Origin: Catajapyx aquilonaris
Taxonomy: Eukaryota
DNA: 20,000 nucleotides
Direction of reading: 5' to 3'
Assembly (NCBI GenBank): GCA_000934665.2
Contig: JYFJ02001486.1
Span: 58,549-78,548 of the forward strand
In this document: positions 1-10,086 of the stretch, piece by piece
Layout of the letters: every line of letters begins with the position of its first letter
Numbering within the stretch: the first letter of the stretch is position 1
Notes under the pieces: generated by a model
Database searches by the model: none
Told to the model about the DNA's origin: nothing
Seen by the model: the letters and a program-made list of their open reading frames with translations, nothing else
Made by a program: the position numbers and the translations under genes

Positions 1-1
1 T

Positions 2-1623
2 CATCAGCAAGTTGGAACCGATGCAGAGTGTGGTGGCCCACCATCTCACCTCCTGAACAGTCCACCTAAAAAACAAATTCCATCAGGACTTCAAAAAGGA
101 CTGGCAGGGGCTCAGTTAGTTATGGCTGTCATGACTGTCATTTTTGAGGTACATTTTATTGAAGTCCAGGTTTAGATTACTTTGATATCGTACGACAAAA
201 AACTCGTACTTCCCTCTCTTATATCATGCAAATTTTGCCATTTGTTTCAGATTTTAGTAATCATGTTTGACATGATGCCTATAGGACCAACAGGCATTTT
301 GGCAGGGGTGATGTTTGGGTGTGCAGGAGGAATGGGAATTATCAACGTGGCTGCTCCAGGAAGATGCAGGCATGTTGAATATTTTTCTAACAAAAAAAAT
401 TAGTCAATATTTTATTATGTAATAACACACTTAATATGTTTTTACCTACAAAGCTAGGCCTCCCGTACTGAATAACGGAATAACCAATTTGTTAACAATA
501 CAGAGTGGTCCGTCAATATTGCACAATAGGAGAATTTGTGTATTTATTCACCTGAGTCAAAACCAGTGCAAGTTACTCCTTGATGCTTGATCTAATCCAC
601 GACCGAAATATGCCAAATACTCGTATTTTGGATGGAAATCTTTGTTTTTTCATGTGGGCGATAAGTTGTTTTCGTGGCGCCTCCATGTGAAATCTAGACT
701 CTAGAGTCTAGAGAGTATCCTCGCCTGTCGGGTAGGCCAGCCAAGAACCACCCATGGCTGTCGAGTTGTCTGCACATCAGGATACTCCATAATCACTAGG
801 CGCGGCCAAAAGTGAGAATTAGGTCTGAAAACGTCAATGAACTTGTGTATAATACCAGAGTTGCTCACCACTCTGCATAACTTTACCATACACGTGTGGT
901 CAGGAATGGTGATGACTGACGAGTTTCAAGAGAGTAATGAATGATCTATTTTTTCAGTACTATAGGATTTATGATTCTGAGCATTTTATCCTTGGTGATG
1001 GTGATCCCATTGCTGGCCATAGACATTGAGAGTATGATGCGTTCACACAACTGTTCAGCTGGAAGAAAAACGTTTTTCTGTGACGGTATGGTTCATATTA
1101 ATTTTATCATTTCAAAGAATGTGTGTCAAAAATAATTTCATAAATAATCCAAACGAAACGATGTAATATTTTGCATCCTAATGAGTAATTTTAATCAATG
1201 AGTAACTTGGTATAAAATTATTCATATTAATGCCAGCAAAGCATGGCAAAGCCCCAGTTTAATACCTTTAATAATGTTCTCAATTTCAGAACATGGTCAC
1301 ACTTATGCTACTGCTGCAGCTATCTTAAGGTCATTTTCATGCCTGGTTGCTGTGTGTGAAGCCATAGTCTCCATATTATCATCTGTTATGTGCGTGTGGG
1401 TTGTATGCTGCACAAACAACGAAGTAAGAAATGTTTGGATACCTTGAAATATTGTAATCAAATATTTTTATCGCATCATGTTAACATTTTTTAGAAAGAA
1501 AATGCAGCTCCAGCAATGTGGGTGCAAGTGCAGAAACCACCGAATGTAGATGTGAATCAGACACCGGCATCATCGCACACTGAATACTCCGATTTGTTCG
1601 CAATTTCTTCACCTGAAAATTAG
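2..1623 (+). CDS. MS4A/CD20-like four-TM protein, copy 1 (5' partial); exons <2-148, 251-369, 958-1085, 1290-1423, 1495-1623
   Basis: Spliced frame is open to TAG 1621-1623 with intron phases 0,2,1,0; intron 2 has a GC donor. TM1 GLAGAQLVMAVMTVIFE, TM2 GILAGVMFGCAGGMGII, TM3 IGFMILSILSLVMVIPLL, Cys pair in loop 2 (HNC...FFC), TM4 with conserved Glu (VAVCEAIVSILSS), then CVWVVCC. Confidence 0.8.
693..712. repeat. Perfect 20-bp palindrome TCTAGACTCTAGAGTCTAGA in intron 2 of copy 1
   Basis: The sequence equals its own reverse complement. Confidence 0.9.
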
Positions 1624-2211
1624 ACTGTCCAAATCATGGCCCAGAGTTTTTGTAACTCGACAGGATTGTGATAAACTATAATGTACTGGAACATATTTGA
1701 CTGTTACTCATGGACTATACCCGAGACTGCACCGTGTCCCCTTACTCATGGGTAGCCTATAAAAAGCCTACCTATCGAAAACCATGTGCGTGGCTTAATT
1801 GCAAGACGATTCGTGTATTGTATAACTATCAAAGATTTTTAGGGTGTTTTATACAGTATGTCAGTTACATGAGGCTTGTCGTATATTACGACATCCGTTT
1901 TATTGTAAGTTGTGTTTATTCATAATTATAGTGTTTTGCTGTTGATTTAAAACTCTTATTATTAAAATATTAGTGATGCTCCTTCAAAGTTTCATATTAT
2001 GTCTTGAAATGTTGTCACATTGTCATCCCTCTTTCTCTGTCAGTAACTACTGTATATTAATTGTGTACCAAATCTTTGTTACTAAAATATTAAGGTTTGC
2101 AGGGTGTGATCGATTTCTACCTACATCCTCTTGCATGCGCAGCATTCAGCTCATAAATTGCGAAGGAAGAGTAAAATTACTGCGCAGTATTCAGGAATAA
2201 TATTATGTGAC

Positions 2212-2315
2212 ATTTTCGTCCCACTGCTATAGTTACTGCTATCTTAGCAGTTCCATTGCCAACACTGGTACAGTGGTACTGCTAAGTTGGCAGTAACTAG
2301 CAGTGGGACGAAAAT
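2212..2315. repeat. ~104-bp imperfect hairpin / MITE-like inverted repeat
   Basis: ATTTTCGTCCCACTGCTA (2212-2229) pairs with TAGCAGTGGGACGAAAAT (2298-2315); inner arms TAGTTACTGC/GCAGTAACTA and CTTAGCAGT/ACTGCTAAG also pair. Confidence 0.8.
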
Positions 2316-2367
2316 TCCACCCAATTATATTAGGCCTATACATTCTCTGTTTTGCATATAATTGCCC

Positions 2368-2592
2368 GGGGAGACAGAATGGCTCTGTGGTGAAGCGGAG
2401 AGAAAGGTCCCAGGTCCGATCCCGATTTGTCTCAGGATCAGGGTCTTTGGTGAGATTTTAAGGGACCTAGTCTAACCATCGGGGAACACATTAAAAGCAT
2501 CCATGTCACAGCAGTGTATGTTTCCCTAATATTATGAAATTGTGAGCCCTTTCCTTCGGGGAAAAGTGCAACTTTCATTTCATTATGATTTT
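2368..2592 (+). mobile_element. Degenerate tRNA-derived SINE-like element
   Basis: A-box-like TGGCTCTGTGG (~2380), B-box-like GGTCCGATCCC (~2413), 3' stem-loop (CTTTCC TTCG GGGAAAAG) and an AT-rich CATTT/ATT tail. Confidence 0.5.
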
Positions 2593-2960
2593 ACTCTTCT
2601 TGATAAGAAAGCCGAGCCTCCACTATAATCAATTATACAGCATCTGCAAGTGACATTCATTTTGCTGTAGCCTACAGTCCTCTACTATCATTTTCAGTAC
2701 TATGAAACTGCGTGCTACATCAAATGCATATAGCAGAAATTCCTATAAAACTGTCATTAAATCTCACGACAGTATGTGACTGTCGCAAAAAATGCGTTAC
2801 GGTCTGTCCACAAGGCAAATGGCACAGACCTTTCCACTGTGTTGGCAGTCTCATGGCCGTTTATAGAGTTGATGTGGAGGGGTAATTGTATGAGAGGGTA
2901 ATCTTTGTTGACAAGCCGTGATTGGTTTGAATTAAAGGGGGATGAGGACGAGCAGATTAA

Positions 2961-3029
2961 TCTCTCTCTCTCCCTCTCTTTCTCCTCTCACCCTCCCTCC
3001 CTCCCTCCCTCAATCTCTCTCTCTCTCTC
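2961..3029. repeat. (CT)n/(CCCT)n polypyrimidine microsatellite
   Basis: Read directly from the sequence. Confidence 0.9.
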
Positions 3030-3545
3030 AGTCAAAGTCACTGATATGGGAGCTCCTAGGCTCCGCCATCTTCCAGTTCAGGCTGCTGTAATTTCCACCG
3101 TCAGGAGGAGTTTGAGCAGCACATGTGATTGAGAACACTTGATGGGAATTAGTGCACAAGCGGCCATAAACTGTGAGATACAGTGATTTTTCCTAACTTA
3201 TACCTGTATTAACTCTCGACACGTGTCTACTCACATGCTCGTCAGTGTTATTAACTTACTGGGAGAACCCACACTGCATTTTGTACAATGATTTAATCTA
3301 CACGTAGTTATGTGATATTAGAAAAATATTATATTACATGCTGTGAACAGTGCATTATAAGACTTATTGCTTTTGAGAGCCGAGAATGCAGTGGGCTTCC
3401 TTGATTTTTTAAAGTATACATATTAAATATAAACGATATGTGGCAAAGACCACCTTTGCTGCGTTTTAATGAAAAAGTAATATTATTGATTGACGGGTTG
3501 ATTCAACCTCATTATCCTAAATACACTTTAACTCAAATGTAGGCA

Positions 3546-5106
3546 ATGAATGGAAGTACCAACAGCACTGTGCCACAAGTGAGCCTGTACTTTCTTAATA
3601 ACTACGCAGCTGATACACAAGAGGCAAAATGGAAAGAAGCCTTTCCACAAAAAACTTACAAAGGTATTCCATCACCACACCTCCGTCAAACTGTGATTTT
3701 GAATCTAATGAAATCATTGGTTTCCTATTATTCCAGCGCTATTTTTTGGACAGATTGCTTGTGCTGGATTGGCAGTGGTCATTCAGGTCAGTAAGATACA
3801 AAAATGCAGGTAAGTTTCATACTGTAGACAAGTAAATCATTCATCAAATTGACACTTTAAACAAAGTGAACATAACTAATCTAATAATTTGCTTGATCTC
3901 CACTGTCCCTGTTATCTGTTACGTGTTTTATTTATAATGTATGTATGTATGTGCCTTAATTATTAAGTCTTCGTACAAATATTTTGTCTCTGAAGTTCTG
4001 AAAGAGACTGCTAGTGTATTGCACCATCTAGATCTATCGATAGTGCTTTTATTTATTATTATTTGAGATCATATCACTTTTTGTACGCTATTAGACATAC
4101 TAATGCAAAGCGTGTTTAAGTGAGTGTTAGTTAATTTTAGTGTACTCTGCAGGTGTAGCTAAGTCTTTTCAATAAATTTTCCAGATAATTTTACTGGCAA
4201 TGAGCGGGGACGCAACAAGAACTCATTCCACTGGAATTTGGACTGGAATTCTTTTCGGTCTTGCCGGTAGTCTCTCTCTTTGGTCCATGGTCAAGCCTGG
4301 AAAATGCAGGTCATTTTCTTTTCATTTTTCACCACTGTCTCGAGGGTTGTTTATTTTAAATCATCTTAATTTTTGGACATTTATAGTGTAAGTGGTTCTG
4401 TGACTACCTCCATACTCGCCATAATTGCAGCCGTTGTGTTGCTAGGCCTCAGTCTCAATGATATTTCTCTCGTCGCCAAACATTGCATCAGGAGGACTGA
4501 ACCTCAATTTTATTACTGTGGTAAGTTGCAGATTCTTTTTGGTCTCTGTGTGTGCGGTCTTTTAAAGAGCTTCTGACGGTATATACCGTGATTCATTTTC
4601 TTCAAGTAATGGTTACAAAATAATATTGTGTGGTATTACCTTGGGTATTACTAGACTGGCAATGGAAAAATTATGTATGCGCGGAGAGTAATATTTTTCC
4701 CCGTTTTTTTTTAAAGGGAAGAATTACACTGCTTCGACTGTTTTCATGATAGTACATTGCTTCGTAGCAGCAAGCGAGGGGTTCTTGGCGTCTTTATCGC
4801 TGTTTTGGCTTTGCCGTCTTGGATGTTGGGAATGGCGAAAGGTAAAAAAAAAATGTCATTGACGCCGCAAAATTAATTTACTAAGAAAATTCTTGGCATC
4901 TTCTATTTTTTTAGGAAAGCTCATCTACTCGTACCTTGCAGCAAATACACTCTGATGATAAATCCAAAACTTCATCCACTGGTGCAAGACCTCGAGACAC
5001 ATTTGTTGAACCGGTCAATATGGACTACTCTATTCCTGAAACAATTGACGAAGAAATCGCAATTTCTCATGACTTTGGAGACGAAAGTGAGCCATTGGTG
5101 TCCTGA
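3546..5106 (+). CDS. MS4A/CD20-like four-TM protein, copy 2 (~247 aa); exons 3546-3663, 3737-3786, 4185-4309, 4387-4520, 4717-4841, 4915-5106
   Basis: All introns GT-AG; frame open to TGA. FPQKTYKALFFGQIACAGLAVVIQ, TM2 GIWTGILFGLAGSLSL (MS4A-type W-x-G-x-x-F-x-x-x-G-S-L), loop-2 Cys pair, TM4 AASEGFLA. AATAAA signals near 5142 and 5174. Confidence 0.8.
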
Positions 5107-6153
5107 ACACTAGTCTACATGAGTCCCTGACGCGTTGCAATAATAAATTGTGCAGTTCCTACTCAAGATCTTGAATAAAATTATTGCTGGCAGCACTATT
5201 TTGTGGCACAGCAACCTGCATATTGCAGCAGGATGTTCCACAACACTCTTTTCCTAGCCCTCAACTTGGCGTCAAAGGCAACAGATGTGTATGCAGAAAA
5301 CAAGTACAACCAGGTTTGGTATAAACTATTTTCGATTAATTTAGTGCCATTAAAGGACTAATAGTTTGAAATATATATTTTTTCTTCAGTTGAAATTTTC
5401 ATCTAGGATTAGGTTCAGTACCACCAGAAAGGTAGTGTTTCGAATCACCCTGTATGCAGAATCGCATGCTATAGTGTGGGAGTTGGATTATATCAGTGAT
5501 CCAGAAAGGTCTTCTTGAACCGTGAGGACGAGAGCGGGGGCAGAAGGGGTGGTAGGGTAGTAGGAGGGGAGGGAGGAAGGGCAGGATGGAGGTCAGTTTT
5601 TTTCTGGCATTATTTATTACTCCAATGACATCGCCCAGTCAGTCACGAGTACTGAAGCTGTTGGTGTCAATATGTCGCCACATCTATCTCAGACGTTATC
5701 GGATGACAGCTTTCGCTCTGGATTTCACTACTTGGCTGCTGCTTCCGGCAGAGATCTGTATATTTAGACGCCATCTTGTGGATATTTGATTCTATCTTAC
5801 CAACACGAGTAAGTAAAAAGAAATCAGGTTATTTTTATCATTTGATGGTGCTGGAAATCTTATAGGTTCAAGGGTGAGGTTTTTTTTCCTTGCTTATAAA
5901 ATTAGGAGTTGACTCCTAAACCCAACCCAAACACAACAATGAGTAAGGTCTATATACCTTGGTTATAAAGATGTTGCTTCTAACTAAGGTGAAAACATCC
6001 ACCTAATAATTCACACTATTGCCTAATGAATGGCATTTATGAAGCGCTCAAGGCATGCAAAGTATTGACTTTAGCGTTCGTTTCAGTAAATGTCAATGGT
6101 TTCACTGAAACACAATTTTCAGAGGATGTCTTACTGTAATATCTGTCTATAGC

Positions 6154-7578
6154 ATGGAGTCGCAGGAGGCTGGATTACCTCCTCAACCTTCGGCCACTCT
6201 GATGCAGTTTCCACCGGGTGTGTACTTTTGGAAGCTGGAAACTTCACCTTCTGCCTCTCAAGACCAAGTTTTGCTTCGAAAGGTCGTGGCAGTACTATCC
6301 TGGGTGCAACTGGCTACGAGCAGCATCATACTGATATGTCAGGTACTGTACACTGCATATAGCGTGGATCAAAAATAAGCCAAGTACCATAACGGCTATT
6401 TTGAAGGAAACACCCGAGTACAATATTCCTGCATACGTCTTCAATACGAATGACTTCTCTTCCAGATTTTAAAGTATGTTACATGGGGATATGTCTACTT
6501 TTTGCCCCTAACAATCTCCTTCGGAATCCTCGGTGGGGTTACTGGGGGTGTAAGCTTGTATTCATCGTGTAAAGCTACCAGATGCAGGTACAGTATGAAT
6601 ACTATTGGTAATAAATTAACCTATTATACACGCATTATTTTCGTTCTTAAATTTTCACAGCATCATCAGCAGCCTCATGTTATGTATGATCTCCCTGGTA
6701 CTCTCTCTGATAATTATATTCCATTCTTATGCAGAGTGGATAGGAATTGTCATATATGAGAGGGATTCCCAAGTGTCTTTCAAAATAGGTAAAAATAAAA
6801 ATACGGTGCACTTTGATGCGCTGAATATTTATAAAATTATTAGATACCCCGTGCTGGAGCCTTTTGGCTCCCTTAGGGCGGGGGTGGAATACCACCATTT
6901 CATATCTGAATATGTTTAGTTATAAAATTCTGCCCACTAACATCTTTAATTCCTTTCCAGTGCCTCAAATGTTGCAACTTTTTTGCGCTGTTTGCTTAAC
7001 GGTGTCTGAATTTTTGACATTGTCGGTGTGCAGTCGGGTCATCTGCTGTCCTGGAACAAGGGTAGGATGAGTAATGTGTGGTTTCATTAATGAGATCCGA
7101 AGAACTGTGTAATTGTTGGTTAAGTCCTTCATAATTGAGAAAGTTATATTATACTAATATAACGAGGTTATTTTAATCAATTATTTGCTTAGTGCGATAT
7201 AGATGGTCACAAACACTAATGTCATGATTCTCCCACATTCTCCTTGATAAGATTTGCACCTGGGTTAACATTATTTTATAACTAAATCCGTCACTCTTCC
7301 ATCAATTTGGTGACAGTATATTTGAAACCAAAAGATCATGGGTTCTGGCTGGTACACATGGCTATTATGTTTGCAAAAACCTTGCATGTGACGGGCAATT
7401 AGGCTACTTTTGTTCTCTGTTTCAGTTTCCCAATTCGACAGCCATTTACGTCCCTCATCAACAGCAAGGACAGCCGGAAACCGAAAATGTTTCAGCACCG
7501 GAAAATAGCATGGAGGATGTTAATCTTCACAAAGAAGTCCAGAATCAAAGAACTTCCTTACCTTGTATACCTGAATAA
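6154..7578 (+). CDS. MS4A/CD20-like four-TM protein, copy 3 (~230 aa); exons 6154-6342, 6466-6587, 6661-6788, 6961-7061, 7426-7578
   Basis: Same 0,2,1,0 intron phases. TM1 VLSWVQLATSSIILICQ, exon 2 ends ...TRC-S like its paralogs, TM4 TVSEFLTL then CSRVICC. Acceptor AG at 6151-6152 just before the ATG; candidate 5'-UTR exon donor GTAAGT at 5809. Confidence 0.78.
6845..6900 (-). repeat. Dispersed stem-loop repeat (retroelement 3'-tail-like) in intron 3 of copy 3
   Basis: Reverse complement matches 12741-12790 (TGGTGGTATTCCACCCCC..CTAAG..stem..AGCACGGGGTA). Confidence 0.7.
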
Positions 7579-8206
7579 TGAAACATTATTGTATTGTTGG
7601 TTATTTTTTATGACACTGGAACTGCTATTGAAACAGATATCAAGTAGCTACCATATTACGTTGTAGACCTAAACGCTGTATCTTATGCGGCTTTCGTACA
7701 TGTATATTGCATTCAGATATTCCACTGCCGTAATAATTTTATGTTACGTTATGAATGTAAACACTTGACACATAAAGGAATTGTTAAAGTATTATCCACT
7801 ACCCTATATAACAAGTGATTTTTCAATTTCATATAATTATGTTTGTGGTACTTCATATTACAATATTGATAACCTGCTTTGATAACCTGCTGCCAATATA
7901 CACGAGGGCAAAGTACATACCCAGCCTAGATTTAAAAAATTCGTGCATGTGCCTCAACGAAATATCCACCATTTTCTCAGCTCTTCTACAAGGACAGAGT
8001 AAACTCCATGTTCAGGTTAAAAACCTGGACAAACTTTTATTGCTGTAATTTCTGGTAAACAAATCCAATTCCGAAAAATTATTGAAACAACTTGCGAAAA
8101 AAATACATTCGTTACAAGAAAGTCAATGCTTGTTATGTGTTTCCAGTACAATAAAGCAATATATTACAAGCTATGAATCCTGCATCCCCCTTTCAGGAAT
8201 TATGGC

Positions 8207-9239
8207 TTATAACTTATAAGTTAATACTTCAAAATCTCGAGAATATTTTTCATTTCCTCCGTATGGAACATAGCAGCGTTGATGACTAGGATGATACTGG
8301 AAAGAAAATAATTTCAATAATTATACATAGACAAAAAAAACTCTAGTTGCACTTACCTTTCCGGTAACTAATGTACTTCCAATTGTATACCGGCATATGT
8401 ACAATGTATCACGTCCCCACACAGCTGAGCCAGCAGCCACTGCCCTTGGTGGGGGAGTTGAACCACTCCCAGCCACCCAGAGGAAGCTGTGCTCTCCCGG
8501 GTCGGTCAGCACCTATACGTATAATTGAGGATATCGAGAGTTATCACAAATAATGAAGACATTTTGGGCTGAATATGTAAAAGTAAAAACTAGAGGGAAG
8601 TTGAAAACTAAAATACCGCGGTTACATGCAATTAGGTAACTTTACCTGATATCGTGCAGAAGAGTACTCCCTGCCACCATAAGACACGTAACATTTGTGT
8701 AGAGAACTAACGAGCTTTCCAGGAAGAAGATCTCTTACTCGAGTCATGCGACATAGATATGTCCGCTCATTATTGGCTTCTCTTCCGCCAGGAACACTGT
8801 GTGGCGGAGCATCTCCGTTGGTAGATTCTATCCATACAGCTTTAGCTTCAAAGTATAAACATTGAGAATGGTAAGTACTTAATATGCCCATACAGTACAA
8901 ATTTACAGCATATATATTGGTGGTGCAAGCAATCTCACGCCACATAAACACCAAAGGGTATTAGTATAGTGTAGGTGGTATAATATGTAGTCTATACTTA
9001 TTGTTATAATTAGTGCCATTGCCATACTAACTTGCGACTAAAGCACGTTTCCAACGATTATAATGCACGTTGTGACCAGGTGGTGTTCCCTGCGTGAGCA
9101 AAATGTTATACATATTGAGAAAGAAGGATTAGTATTAGCATTAATAAAAAAACAACATTACTGCACGTACCTGACAATTACTTGCAAGCACAATTAATAC
9201 TATCCCAGCAAACAACAAGTGCCGTAAAAAATGAGCCAT
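8207..9239 (-). CDS. Secreted DM9-repeat (DUF3421, natterin-N-like) protein, putative lectin (~190 aa); exons 9239-9171, 9089-9032, 8845-8646, 8512-8357, 8296-8207
   Basis: Signal-peptide-like MAHFLRHLLFAGIVLIVLASNCQG, then RWKR, then two DM9 repeats: WIESTNGDAPPHSVPGG..TYLCR..LLPGKL..CYVSYGGREY..YQVL and WVAGSGSTPPPRAVAAG..LYICR..LVTGKY..CYVPYGGNEK..FEVL. All GT-AG; an alternative in-frame acceptor would start exon 3 at 8839. Confidence 0.88.
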
Positions 9240-9312
9240 TTTGACTCCGCGATAGCGACACTGTAGCAAGAAACAAACTGGCCTTTCGGCAAAAAGTGGA
9301 ATACTGCACAGC

Positions 9313-9318
9313 TTTATA
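9313..9318 (-). promoter_or_regulatory. Candidate TATA box of the DM9 gene
   Basis: TATAAA on the minus strand about 75 bp upstream of the ATG at 9239. Confidence 0.5.
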
Positions 9319-9735
9319 GAGAACTGATAGTGACTATCAAAAGGTTATATTTGAATGTCACTTGCAGAAAAAAATGCTGCTGACGTTTTTGACTCCTCAA
9401 GGGTGAATTCTAGTCAACACTTTCGTTGACTTCTAAGAAGAGATAATAACACGTGAGGAATATGCGACATCCTTTCCTGTTAAGTTGATATAGGATGGTT
9501 ATGAGAATACCGGTATAATATATTTGGTACGTTATGCTAATAAAGTTGTTTTTTTACTCTAGTGGTTTGTCACCATAGTAGTTTTCTTAGGGAAAGGGAT
9601 TTGGCATTTTAAAAGAAAAGTTTTACGAATATTGTGGTCCAGAATTCGAGTAATACGGAAGTCGAGTGGCATGTACCGCGTTTATTAAAAACTCAATGGG
9701 AATGCACCGTAGAAGTATCGAGAGACCACGGAAGC

Positions 9736-9743
9736 TGACGTCA
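9736..9743. promoter_or_regulatory. Consensus CRE (TGACGTCA) beside an ETS-like CGGAAG, upstream of the copy 4 5'-UTR exon
   Basis: Exact palindromic CRE about 135 bp upstream of the candidate UTR-exon donor GTAAGT at 9879. Confidence 0.4.
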
Positions 9744-10086
9744 CATATGGCACTCTTCCACACTGTTTCTGAACGAATTTGGGCTCATTCCAGTTGTCAA
9801 CTCGACAGTCGGTCTGCCTCAATTTCAGTAGTTAAGAGCAGTCGACTATTTTAACATCCCGACACCTCTGGCACTCTGGTAAGTGTCGTAGAGTTAAAAA
9901 AGTAGCCTTTTAATCACCTGACCGGCAAATCATGTCTCTGCCGAGGAAACAGTGAACTGAACTTGAAAATAACATGACGCAAAAATAGCTCCAAAGTCGG
10001 CGTCAGAAGTATATTTGGGCTTGGGGGCTGACGACATGGAAACGATTTTTTTGACAGAGCGTGCCATATGCATTGTTTCAGTCATA

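Noticed and set aside
3579..3609. Possible GTGAGC...CAG micro-intron
   Set aside because: Only 31 nt, and it would break the frame that otherwise runs through FPQKT.
3629..3835. ORF MERSLSTK... with an apparent frameshift into TM1, suggesting copy 2 is a pseudogene
   Set aside because: The 73-nt GT-AG intron at 3664-3736 explains the frame change and gives a gap-free alignment to the paralogs.
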